A stretch of 64,000 nucleotides of DNA from an uncultured bacterium. GTDB taxonomy: Bacteria > Acidobacteriota > HRBIN11 > JAKEFK01. The position numbers were made by a program, and so were the translations under genes. The notes below the pieces were generated by a model. It was not told the origin of the DNA. It made no database searches and worked only from the letters and a program-made list of their open reading frames with translations. Positions 21,819-30,897 of the stretch are shown one piece after another; position 1 is the stretch's first letter; the number at the start of each line of letters is the position of its first letter. The stretch is from NCBI GenBank assembly GCA_963771165.1, contig CAVYSN010000001.1, positions 62,980 through 126,979 of the forward strand, in the 5' to 3' direction.

Positions 21819-22388
21819 AATCTGATCCAGGAAGTTTTTCATCAAGCGCATTCCTTCCTTTGTCATATAAGATTCCGGATGAAATTGCACACCTTCGGTC
21901 ATTGTTCCTCGCACTCGAAGTCCCATGATCTCTCCCGCTGGCGTGTGCGCAGAAATATGCAGCTCAGCTGGAAGCTTTTCTTCAGCCACAATCAATGAAT
22001 GGTAGCGCGCCGCCGCAAACGGGTTTGTCAGTCCTGAAAAGACTCCATTCCCATCATGGATGATCATGGATGTTTTCCCGTGCATTAGAACAGGAGCGCG
22101 TTGTACTCTCCCGCCAAAAACATGTGCGATGCATTGATGACCGAGGCAAACCCCAAGCACAGGAACCCTGGAGTGAAAATGCAAGATCATTTCATTGGAG
22201 CAGCCGGCATCAATCGGTGTTCCCGGTCCAGGTGAAATCACGACATGTGAGGGGCGGTACTCTTCCGCCTCCTGCACTGTAACCTGATCGTTATACTTAA
22301 CCTTCACATCGGCTCCCAGTATCAGAAAAGCCTGATACAGGTTGTATGTAAATGAATCGTAGTTATCGATCAGCAGGACACGGTTCAT
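21816..22388 (-). CDS. trpG: Anthranilate synthase component II (glutamine amidotransferase)
   Basis: Class-I GATase motifs (GVCLGHQ, H/E triad region). Confidence 0.85.
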   Translation of the reverse strand: MNRVLLIDNYDSFTYNLYQAFLILGADVKVKYNDQVTVQEAEEYRPSHVVISPGPGTPIDAGCSNEMILHFHSRVPVLGVCLGHQCIAHVFGGRVQRAPVLMHGKTSMIIHDGNGVFSGLTNPFAAARYHSLIVAEEKLPAELHISAHTPAGEIMGLRVRGTMTEGVQFHPESYMTKEGMRLMKNFLDQI

Positions 22389-23710
22389 AAAGGCTCCCGG
22401 GACATCTCCAACATTTTTCGCAGCGCCATCGCTTTATTGTTAATCTCTTCGAACTCTTTTTCGGGAACAGAATCTGCAACAATTCCCGCTCCTGCTGTGA
22501 AACGATAACGTCCTTCCTGGTACTGAAGACATCGAATCGCTATGCAATGATCCAGCACTCCATGTGCGCCGAAATAACCAACCGATCCGGCATAGAGCCC
22601 GCGACTGTGCGGTTCGAGCTCTTCAATGATCTGCATCGCACGCACCTTCGGTGCGCCCGATACTGTGCCGGCAGGAAAGACGGAAGAGAGTAGTTTTTGC
22701 AGAGATGGCGTTTTCGAAACAGTGGATTCCACCGTAGAGACAAGATGCATTACGTGCGAGTATCGTTCCACTTTCATGAACTCTGTGACCTGAACGGATC
22801 CGGGATCGGCCAGCCTTCCCAGATCGTTTCTTGCAAGATCCAGCAGCATCATGTGTTCCGCCTTTTCTTTTTCATCTTGCAGCAGATCGGTTTCGAATCC
22901 CCGATCTTCCTCCTCATCCTTGCCGCGCTTGCGCGTTCCGGCAATCGGCCGCAACAGGATTCTGGATCGCTCCGTGCGCACCATGGTTTCAGGACTCGAT
23001 CCGAAGAATTGAAAACGGTCCTGGAAATTTAAATAGAACATGTAAGGGGAAGGATTGATCATTCGAAGCGCGCGGTACATTTGAAATGGATCGGCTTCAC
23101 TTTCACCATCATATTGCATCGAGAGCACCACTTGATAAATATCTCCCGCAGCGATAAACGCTCTCGCTCGTTCGACCATCGACTCGAATTCTTTTTTGGA
23201 CACATTCGCGACTGGTTCGGAAGATGAGCCGGAACGGGGCATGGGAAGAATTGTACGAAGGCATGCGCGAATCTCCTGCGCAAGCTTGTCTGTTCTTGCT
23301 CGTCAAGTATCGAATTCAGATAGATTCTGTTCTTCAGATGATCAAACGAGAGGATCGCAGAGGGAAGAACGAATCCCGCTAGAGGATCCCTGGAAGGTTT
23401 GAGACTGATTTTTGGGTGCAGTAGAGCCGCGAGCGGATACGACAAAAATCCGATGAATCCGGAAGTCAGTCTTCCATTTTCTTTTTCGGGCAACGAATGG
23501 ATTTGTTCTTCCAGTGAATCGAAGTACGGTCCGGCCTGAGCCGGATCTTCCAGAACAAAGTATTGCTTTGGGCAGAATTCCGATGAAGGAATATCTTCCC
23601 ATGGTTTCGTTTTTTTCAACGCTTTCCAAAAGGAAGAGCGGCTGCAATGGCGTCAGCTTCAGAAATGCCGAAACCGGAGTCTCTAGATCCGCCGCAAACT
23701 CGTTACTCAT
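22385..23710 (-). CDS. trpE: Anthranilate synthase component I, split in 3 frames
   Basis: Pieces 23342..23710 (MSNEFAADLETPVSAFLKL), 23059..23619 and 22385..23242 (chorismate-binding domain, GTVSGAPKVRAMQII) are collinear. Confidence 0.8.
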
Positions 23711-23728
23711 TGCTCATGACTCATTACT

Positions 23729-23768
23729 AAAAACAAGAAAACCCACTGACTCTTTCGAATCAGTGGGT
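23729..23768 (-). terminator. trp attenuator terminator: 12-bp stem, GAAA tetraloop, then UUUUCUUGUUUUU
   Basis: The minus transcript ACCCACUGAUUC-GAAA-GAGUCAGUGGGU is followed by a U-run, 18 nt upstream of the trpE ATG. Confidence 0.8.
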
Positions 23769-23819
23769 CGTTAAGATTCCTTTTAATTTGTCGTGGTCAG
23801 AGGAAGCCCAACAACCCGC

Positions 23820-23867
23820 CTAGCGGTACCACCAGTAATAGCGGTTGATTGTTGGACGAAACTTCAT
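23820..23867 (-). CDS. trpL: trp operon leader peptide MKFRPTINRYYWWYR (tandem Trp codons)
   Basis: 15-codon ORF with UGG UGG at codons 12-13, ending about 50 nt upstream of the attenuator terminator. Confidence 0.7.
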   Translation of the reverse strand: MKFRPTINRYYWWYR

Positions 23868-23995
23868 ATCTGACCTACATGGAGAACATAGACTAGTTCC
23901 CGTTCCATTGTCAAGGTGAGTGGGGATAAGAGAGGTCAAAAGCTAAAAGTTAAAGGTTAAAGGTGTTTACTCAGAAAACACCTCATCCTTTGATG

Positions 23996-24551
23996 CTACA
24001 ACCAGGCTAGATATTGTTGCAAAACTTTTTTGACAAACATTCGGGTGGTACGAAAGGGAGGGATTCCGCGATGTCGATCTACAGCGAACTCTCCGGTGTT
24101 ATAAGCAGCAATCGCAAGCTCCAGATTTCCGGCATACCGGTCGATTAACATTTTGAGATGCTGCACGCCTGCGTCAATGTTTTTGTATGGATCGTACAGT
24201 TCCTGTGCGCTGACCTTATACCGTGAAGCGGTTCGCGGTGTGAGCTGCATCAGTCCGCGAGCACCTTTGTTGGACGTAGCCTTCGATTTGAAATTTGATT
24301 CGTGTTTCATCAAAGACGCTACAAGCTGCCAGCTGACCCCGTATTTTGTTGCCACGTTCATGAACCATATCCGCGTAACGCGGAGGTACGAAGTGGGATG
24401 GTAGAACAGACGGTTTTAATTCCCCGGGGGGAGCCAACAGTGCAAGATCAAAGCTCGGAGTGGCGGGAATGATCTCAAAGGATTCCTCTGCCACTGAGAG
24501 GCTGCCGGAAAACAGCAGCAATGCACAGACAAACAAAGACCATCGAAACAT
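23996..24551 (-). CDS. Lytic transglycosylase (SLT domain) with signal peptide, frameshifted
   Basis: N-terminus MFRWSLFVCALLLFSGSLSVA (24216..24551). SLT domain ESNFKSKATSNKGARGLMQLTP (23996..24361) is in another frame. Confidence 0.7.
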
Positions 24552-24672
24552 AAAATTTACCTCTCCAGTTTATGAATGCGGGGAAAAACTCAGTCCTGTT
24601 TCGTGATCTATCGTTGATTCAACAGCTATTTTATGATTTTTTTTTGGCTTTGCAATGTTTCGCAGAAAAAAA

Positions 24673-24693
24673 ATAGTTGACTTTGTCAACTAT
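24673..24693. promoter_or_regulatory. 21-bp perfect palindrome ATAGTTGAC-TTT-GTCAACTAT in a divergent promoter region (candidate operator)
   Basis: 9-bp perfect inverted arms, 3-bp spacer, contains TTGACT. Lies between the SLT gene (-) and the GT2 gene (+). Confidence 0.45.
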
Positions 24694-24856
24694 TTCTGAA
24701 TCTTTCCCCGCCTGGTGTGACAAGGCTTTCGTACTGCCAGATCGCGCGTCCAGTCTACGGCAGTATATTGTTCGGTCGTACACACGGATGAACGATTGAA
24801 CCTCCTGATCCTACCCTTCACAGCGGAAAAGGCCGCCAGTCCGGCATCGTGATAAA

Positions 24857-25885
24857 ATGGCTTCCATTGTTATGCCTCCGCTTGTGAGCTTCATCGTTGT
24901 GAACTGGAATGGCTCCGCTTTTCTCGAAGAATGTTTAACGTCGCTATTGAAGCAGACTTATGCAGATTTCGAAATTCTAGTTGTGGACAACGGTTCGACG
25001 GATGCTTCTTTTCAGATTCTAGAACATTTTCCGGAGGTCATCGTCATACGCAATGAAAGGAATCGCGGGTTCGGTCCCGCGAACAATCAGGCCTTGCTGC
25101 AAGCGAGGGGCGAACTGATCGCCTTTGTAAATAATGATGCGGTACTGGAGGAATCTTGGCTTGCACACATGATGGCTCCTTTTGATTCTCCTGACATCGG
25201 GATGTCTGCCGGAAAAACGTTGTCTTATTTTGACCGGCAAATCATCGACAACACGGGACACCTTCTGTACTGGGACGGAGTGAACCGTGGCAGAGGAAGA
25301 ATGCAAAAGGATGAAGGACAGTTCGATTCTATTCGCAGCGCACTGTTCCCGAGCGGTTGTGCGTGCGTGTTTCGCGCGAATACTCTGCGCCAAATCGGTT
25401 GCTTCGATGAAGATTTCTATCTTTACGGCGATGATACCGAGATCGGTTTGCGCGCGCGGCTCGCCGGTTGGGAGTGTTCATTCGTTTCGGCTGCGGTTGC
25501 TTACCATCGCTATTCCGGTTCAACAGATCGGTATGATCCGATGAAATTCTTTTTTGTTGAAAGGAACCGATTCTGGGTTGCGCTGAAATACTTTCCCGTT
25601 GAATTGCTTTTGCTCAATCCGTTTTTCAGCGCGGCACGGTGGTTCTTTCATTTGCTTGCGCTGATTTCAGGAAAGGGGGTTTCCGGCGAATATGTCCGGA
25701 GCAGGCCCGCTTCGGAATTATTGTCACTCTGGTGGACTGCTCAGATTTCCGCCTGGAGAGCGGCTCCCCGGTTCTGGCGAAAAAGACAGGAACTTTTCAA
25801 AAAATTTCATTGGACTCGCCGCCGTTTTTACAAGTGTTTCCTGCCGAATCGTTTGAGTTTGCGTGAATTAACATTCACTTCATGA
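24857..25885 (+). CDS. Glycosyltransferase family 2
   Basis: GT-A N-terminus (VVNWNG ... DFEILVVDNGSTD ... NNDA ... DED). Confidence 0.8.
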   Translation: MASIVMPPLVSFIVVNWNGSAFLEECLTSLLKQTYADFEILVVDNGSTDASFQILEHFPEVIVIRNERNRGFGPANNQALLQARGELIAFVNNDAVLEESWLAHMMAPFDSPDIGMSAGKTLSYFDRQIIDNTGHLLYWDGVNRGRGRMQKDEGQFDSIRSALFPSGCACVFRANTLRQIGCFDEDFYLYGDDTEIGLRARLAGWECSFVSAAVAYHRYSGSTDRYDPMKFFFVERNRFWVALKYFPVELLLLNPFFSAARWFFHLLALISGKGVSGEYVRSRPASELLSLWWTAQISAWRAAPRFWRKRQELFKKFHWTRRRFYKCFLPNRLSLRELTFTS

Positions 25886-26016
25886 GTCATGAGCGATGAG
25901 CAAGAGCAAGAGAACCGCCAAGACGCCAAGAAACCAAGTTCCCAGGATTAATTATTTTTTCTTGGCGTTTTTGACTATCTTGGTTTCTTGGCGGTTTTCC
26001 TGACTCATGACTAAGG
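25886..26016. repeat. Degenerate short-tandem-repeat region arranged as a ~50-nt-arm imperfect inverted repeat
   Basis: TCATGAG x2, CRATGAG, CAAGAG x2, (A)ACCGCCAAG, ACGCCAAG, AAACCAAG. The 3' half is its reverse complement (CTTGGCG ... GGTTTCTTGGCGGTTTTCCTGACTCATGAC). Confidence 0.55.
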
Positions 26017-26018
26017 TT

Positions 26019-26715
26019 ATGAAAATCCTTATAGCGCTTCCGGCCCGAAACGAAGAGCAAAATATCGGAGTTGTGTTAGACCAGATCCGCAGACAGTATC
26101 CGCAATTATCCGGTGCTTGTCGTAAATGATGCCTCTCAAGATTCAACCGCACAGGTGGTTCGAAAGTACGGCGGAGTTTCTCTCATCCAACTTCCTTTCT
26201 GGATGGGCTATGGCGGAGCATTGCAGACCGCATATAAATACGCTTATAGAAACGGATTCGATGCGGTGGTCCAATTGGATGCAGACGGCCAACACGACCC
26301 ATCTTCCATTCAACAATTTCTGAGCCACATCGATCAGGCTGATGTCGTTGTCGGCTCCCGTTTTTTAGCAGACTCCGAGGCATACCGGATGCCCTTTATC
26401 CGTCGGATGGGCTGCCATTTTCTTTCTTTTCTTGCTAAACACCTGACCGGAATGAGAATTACAGATCCAACATCCGGCTTCCAAGCTCTCAATCGTAAAG
26501 CGCTGGGCTTCGCCATTCAGGATTACTATCCAATGGATTACCCTGATCTGGATGTGTTGATTCTGATGCATCGTTTTCGTTTAAAGGTCATGGAAATTCC
26601 TGTGAACATGCATCGTTCTCACGGCAAAACAGGAATGCACGACGGATTACAAGTCTGGTATTATGCATTCAAGATGATTCTGTCCATCTTTGTGATGATG
26701 CTCCGAAAGGCTTGA
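26019..26715 (+). CDS. Polyprenol-phosphate sugar synthase, GtrB/DPM1-like GT2, frameshift near 26105
   Basis: MKILIALPARNEEQNIGVVLDQIRRQYP then a frame change into VVNDASQDSTAQ ... VQLDADGQHDP ... VVVGSRF. Confidence 0.75.
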
Positions 26716-26718
26716 GCC

Positions 26719-27070
26719 ATGCCACTCAATCAACGAATCTTTGCGATTGCGCTGGCTGTTCTCTTTTTTCTTTTTGTAATCGACCTGGCCAGACGGAAAA
26801 AGCTACGTGTGGAGTATTCCATCCTGTGGAGCATGACGGCAGCCGCTATTCTCGTGCTGGTTCTCTGGTATGATTCATTGCTGTTTATTACAAAAGTTAT
26901 TGGCGCTGTTCTTCCTACTACCACATTATTTATCTTTGGATTGATGTTCTTATTGTTTGTGAACCTGCATTTCTCGGTGAAAGTTTCCGAACTCTCCGAA
27001 CAGGTAAAGAATCTTGCCCATGAGATAGCTATACTGACTGTGGAGGAGGAGAAAAGGCGGGTGAGCGGAG
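26719..27070 (+). CDS. Small membrane protein (DUF2304/GtrA-like partner); 3' end uncertain
   Basis: 3-4 TM helices directly after the GtrB-like gene. The track ORF runs to 27246 through nonsense-looking sequence overlapping the next gene, so an indel error near the true stop is suspected. Confidence 0.45.
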
Positions 27071-27073
27071 CGG

Positions 27074-28246
27074 TTGATGCGTATTTTGATGGGAATCCCG
27101 TTTTTATATCCTGCGTTAGGATACGGAGGAGCAGCGCGTTCGGCGTACGAACTGTCCTGTGCATTGCACGATCTGGGGCACCATGTGACGGTGCTGACCA
27201 CAGACGTGTGGGATTCTGCGAAACGATACAGTGCGAACGGTTCTGAGCCCCCTTTCGAAGTGGTTCGGGTTCCAAATCTCAGCAACAAAATTGCTTACTA
27301 CTTTCAGTTTTATACTCCACTGGGCGTTTTGAAACATGCGGAACGGTTGCTTGCGGAAGCGGACATTCTTCACTTGCATACGTTTCGAAATCTATTGAAT
27401 GACCTGCTTGCCCGAACCGCAGTCAAACAGCGAAAACCTTTTGTTTTGAGTGGCCATGGAACGATTCCGCGAATCGAACGTTTTCGGTTCATCAAGCAGA
27501 TGTACGATTTGATGATCGGCCGGTGGCAACTGGACAATGCGGCAGGATATCTTGCTGTTTCCGTTGCCGAACGGAAGGCGATGCGACGCATGCAGCTGGC
27601 GAAAGAAAAGATCAAGGTGATTCCCAATGGTGTCGGAAAGATTCATGTTCCTGCTGCCGGAAATTTTCGCGAAAAATGGGGATTTGAGCCGGGCGAAAAA
27701 ATGATTCTTTTCCTTGGAAAGATTACGCCAAGAAAGGGAGTACAGCATCTGGTGCGAGCCTTTGCCGGAATCCGGCATAAGGCACGCCTCGTGATTGCAG
27801 GAAATGACATGGGTTATGCTTCGCGGATCAGGCAATTGATTGCGGAATTCAGACTACAGGATCGTGTCATCTGGACGGGACTTTTGGACGATGAGCGCAA
27901 GTTTGAGGCCCTTTCCGATGCAAACGTCACGGTTTATCCTTCCGTAAATGAAGTATTTGGGCTGGTTCCGCTGGAATCGATTTTGTCCGGAACCCCGGTG
28001 ATCGTTTGTGATGATGATGGTTGCGGTCAAATCATCCGCACGACCGGAGCGGGAGATCTTGTGCCATGGGGAGATTCTTCGGCGTTATCTTACGCGATCA
28101 GCAAACGCCTCGAAGAAGGAAAAAAACCGGAAGAGATCCAGCTTGCCCAGGAAAAAATCCGTTTGCATTTTAACTGGCATCTCATTGCCAGAGAAATCAC
28201 GGGATTCTATCAGAGCTGTTTGAACACACAACAAGCTCTTCTATGA
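27074..28246 (+). CDS. Glycosyltransferase family 4 (GT-B)
   Basis: N-terminal GT4 fold (GGAARSAYELSCALHDLGHHVTVLT), C-terminal EVFGLVPLESILSGTPVI. Confidence 0.8.
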   Translation: MMRILMGIPFLYPALGYGGAARSAYELSCALHDLGHHVTVLTTDVWDSAKRYSANGSEPPFEVVRVPNLSNKIAYYFQFYTPLGVLKHAERLLAEADILHLHTFRNLLNDLLARTAVKQRKPFVLSGHGTIPRIERFRFIKQMYDLMIGRWQLDNAAGYLAVSVAERKAMRRMQLAKEKIKVIPNGVGKIHVPAAGNFREKWGFEPGEKMILFLGKITPRKGVQHLVRAFAGIRHKARLVIAGNDMGYASRIRQLIAEFRLQDRVIWTGLLDDERKFEALSDANVTVYPSVNEVFGLVPLESILSGTPVIVCDDDGCGQIIRTTGAGDLVPWGDSSALSYAISKRLEEGKKPEEIQLAQEKIRLHFNWHLIAREITGFYQSCLNTQQALL

Positions 28247-29040
28247 GTCTGGCTGCAGTCATTGTCCACTTCGGAAACCCGCACCCGACGCAAAGACTCA
28301 TCGAAGTTCTCCGTTCTTGCCCTGCTGTGAGCCGTACGATCGTTGTTCTCCATGATTCTTATCCGTTGCACCGCGTCAAGGAAGTTGAGTGGGTTGAAAA
28401 GGAGAATCGCGGTTATGCAGCAGGTTTGAATCGGGCGGTGGAGCACATTCTGGCAAATCCTGGCGATGTTCACGTGATACTTGCTTTAAATCCGGATGTT
28501 CAGGTGGATTCGAAAACAATTGAGAAGTTGTATGCGGAGCAAGAGGCGCAGCATGCCGACTGCCTGTTTCCTGTCCTTCAGGAGAATGGACGGCTAACAT
28601 ACGGTTATCGTTTTTCACGATTTGGCTCCTTGTTATCATCCATGGATCCGGAATGGTATTCGGGCGCCTGCTTTATTTTTTCGATTCAAGCGTGGGAGCA
28701 GACCGGAGGTTTTGACGAAAGCTATTTTCATTACTTTGAAGATCGGGATTTCTGTTTGCGTTTGCGGCGAGCGGGTTTGCGTTTCCATCAAGCTTCTGAA
28801 ATCATTATTGAACATGCAGGAAAATCGGGGGCTGACTATCCCGCATCTGAGTTACCGAAATTTGCGGTGCGCAGCCATCTAATGGCGCTGGAACGAAGTA
28901 AATTGTTGGGGCCTGTGAGTTTCTTGAATGTCACTGCGCGCCATATTTTGTATCTTTTTCGATGGAAAAGAGGATGGCGGGGAATTCCCAAATGGCTCAA
29001 AGGAATCGAGGAATTTGTGACAGGAACGGTTGTAGAATAA
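28243..29040 (+). CDS. Glycosyltransferase family 2 (rhamnosyltransferase-like)
   Basis: GT-A fold. GGFDESYFHYFEDRDFCLRLRRAG motif. Confidence 0.7.
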   Translation: MSLAAVIVHFGNPHPTQRLIEVLRSCPAVSRTIVVLHDSYPLHRVKEVEWVEKENRGYAAGLNRAVEHILANPGDVHVILALNPDVQVDSKTIEKLYAEQEAQHADCLFPVLQENGRLTYGYRFSRFGSLLSSMDPEWYSGACFIFSIQAWEQTGGFDESYFHYFEDRDFCLRLRRAGLRFHQASEIIIEHAGKSGADYPASELPKFAVRSHLMALERSKLLGPVSFLNVTARHILYLFRWKRGWRGIPKWLKGIEEFVTGTVVE

Positions 29041-29044
29041 AACC

Positions 29045-29353
29045 ATGAACACGCGTGATGCCCGGCGTGTAAAGCTCAACCTCCCCGTGAGCATTTTTTT
29101 GCTGAATGACGATCATTCGGTCTCTTCAGAGAGTCAGGGACGACTCCGAGATCTATCCAGAGGTGGATGCGCGTTTTATCATCGGTCGAACCTGCCGGTG
29201 GGCAAACGCGTTGAACTACGTATACGATTAAATGAAGCGCTTGCAAAAAAGTTAAACAAGGAGGAATTAAAAGCGCATGGGGCAATCATCCGTTCAATTC
29301 CCGGATCAGGGGGCTACTTATTGTCCGTCAGGTTCGTGCGCACAAAACCGTAG
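29045..29353 (+). CDS. PilZ-domain protein (putative c-di-GMP receptor)
   Basis: RxxxR (RRVKL) and DxSxxG (DLSRGG) motifs in a 102-aa stand-alone protein. Confidence 0.7.
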   Translation: MNTRDARRVKLNLPVSIFLLNDDHSVSSESQGRLRDLSRGGCAFYHRSNLPVGKRVELRIRLNEALAKKLNKEELKAHGAIIRSIPGSGGYLLSVRFVRTKP

Positions 29354-29360
29354 TGAAAGG

Positions 29361-29447
29361 GGATCAGGAGAAGATAAGGAGATAAAAAAAAATTCTTATT
29401 TCATCTCCTAATCACATCCGATCTCCATATCTCCCTTTTTACACGAG
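29361..29447. repeat. Intergenic repeat family C, copy 1
   Basis: AGGAGAT-N19-ATCTCCT hairpin, then ATCTCC repeats and CCCTTTTTACACGAG. A homologous element lies at 42361..42463. Confidence 0.55.
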
Positions 29448-29822
29448 AGGATGGCGCGCTTCGATCACACTTTTCATTCCACCACGAACATTGAATTCAC
29501 CACGCACCATAGCCCACTTTGGCTTACAGGCTTGAACAAGATCCTTTAGAATACGGTTGACTGCATTTTCATAGAAGATGCCGAGTGTCCGATAGGCGTT
29601 GATATAGTTTTTTAATGATTTCAGCTCGAGGCACAACTGATCCGGTTCATATTCAATCGCGATGGTTCCAAAATCGGGTAATCCGGTTTTCGGGCAAACA
29701 GCTGTGTATTCCGGGATGCTGATGCTGATCCGGTAGCCCGGATATTGATTCGGCCAGCATTCAATCGCCGGCAAATCGGCATTGATGCCCGCCCGCGCGT
29801 GATCTTCTGTATAATCTGGCAT
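29439..29822 (-). CDS. queF: NADPH-dependent 7-cyano-7-deazaguanine reductase
   Basis: QueF motif EYTAVCPKTGLPDFG, 127 aa. Confidence 0.85.
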   Translation of the reverse strand: MPDYTEDHARAGINADLPAIECWPNQYPGYRISISIPEYTAVCPKTGLPDFGTIAIEYEPDQLCLELKSLKNYINAYRTLGIFYENAVNRILKDLVQACKPKWAMVRGEFNVRGGMKSVIEARHPLV

Positions 29823-29881
29823 AGGATATCTTACTGGTTCAGATTAGATTATAGTAGGAACCGAAATAAAAAAAGCGGCAA

Positions 29882-30574
29882 ATGGAAAAGTTTGAAGTGA
29901 AAATCAGAAATTTTGTTAGAAACGCAATTTTGTTGTTGATTGCTTTGTGTCTCTATTCTTGCGGTGGTGAAAAAAAGCAGGACCAGGCGCCCGCACCTCC
30001 TTCCTTTCCTAAAAATACTCCGCAGGACCTGAATTATGAAACGGCTTCGAGGGTCCTTCAGGACATGAAGCTCTACACCGAAGCAGTAAAGAAATTGAAT
30101 CAGCCAGCATCACAGAAGCTGGACCAAAATTATCAAGGCGTCATTTTCAAAACACAGCAGAAGCCGTTATTCTTGAATGTTTACCCCGATCCGGCGGGAG
30201 GAAGAGTGGTCTTTTTGCTGGTTCCGAAAGACGCCACAACAGGATCCAGTTATTTGCTGACCTTTGACAGGAAACTTCCCGTCATAGACAGCGAAACTGT
30301 CGAATTACAGGTGCGAACACGCGATCCGGAAAAACCTCTCACGTGCACCGCCCAGGTTTCCGATACCGCAGCTTACATGACGGAATATCCGACCCATGAC
30401 ATTGTGGTGGAATATCAGTTCACCAAGAAATTTCTTCAGAGCGGTAGTTACGATTTCGATGCTCTTACGGTTCCAGGGTATCGCCCGCGCGGTTATATGT
30501 TTATTACATTCGATCTGGCCAAAGCCGAAGTGAAAGATCAAACTGTAAATCTAACAGCTGCCTGCGTCGATTGA
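29882..30574 (+). CDS. Hypothetical lipoprotein
   Basis: Signal peptide with lipobox-like LYSCGG. Confidence 0.5.
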   Translation: MEKFEVKIRNFVRNAILLLIALCLYSCGGEKKQDQAPAPPSFPKNTPQDLNYETASRVLQDMKLYTEAVKKLNQPASQKLDQNYQGVIFKTQQKPLFLNVYPDPAGGRVVFLLVPKDATTGSSYLLTFDRKLPVIDSETVELQVRTRDPEKPLTCTAQVSDTAAYMTEYPTHDIVVEYQFTKKFLQSGSYDFDALTVPGYRPRGYMFITFDLAKAEVKDQTVNLTAACVD

Positions 30575-30858
30575 TGGAGGAAATTCCGGTAACGGATATC
30601 CTGGATCTTCATACATTTGCGCCTCGCGACATAAAGACTGTTGTCGAAGAATATCTGTATCAGTGCACACAGAAAGGATTTCGTTATGTTCGAATCATTC
30701 ACGGAAAGGGGATCGGCGTGAATCGCGAACTCGTCCGGTCGATCCTGAAACGTTCCGAATTCGTTGAATCTTTTGAAGAAGGACCGGATTGGGGCTCCAC
30801 CGCCGTAACATTATTCACCACAGAGGATGCGGAGAACACAGAGAAAAGAACGAAATGA
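30571..30858 (+). CDS. Smr-domain protein
   Basis: LDLHTF ... RIIHGKGIGV is the Smr signature. Confidence 0.7.
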   Translation: MMEEIPVTDILDLHTFAPRDIKTVVEEYLYQCTQKGFRYVRIIHGKGIGVNRELVRSILKRSEFVESFEEGPDWGSTAVTLFTTEDAENTEKRTK

Positions 30859-30897
30859 ATTTTGCTCGGCGCCCTCCGCGTTCTCTGCGGTGAAAAT

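Noticed and set aside
23741-23768. Considered the hairpin upstream of trpE as merely the terminator of the SLT gene
   Set aside because: It is 230 nt beyond the SLT stop, a weaker AT-rich hairpin lies right after that stop at about 23950-23990, and a Trp-codon leader ORF sits between them.
361-24551. Considered the frame-split genes as genuine pseudogenes or programmed frameshifts
   Set aside because: Too frequent (at least 15 in 64 kb). They affect essential biosynthetic genes, and the pieces are always full-length and collinear. Sequencing indels are the simplest explanation.
26719-27246. Track ORF suggests a 175-aa DUF2304-like protein overlapping the GT4 gene by 170 nt
   Set aside because: The last ~60 residues look like nonsense and overlap a strong GT4 N-terminus. 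The missing stop is probably another indel artefact, so the end is called uncertain rather than as an overlap.
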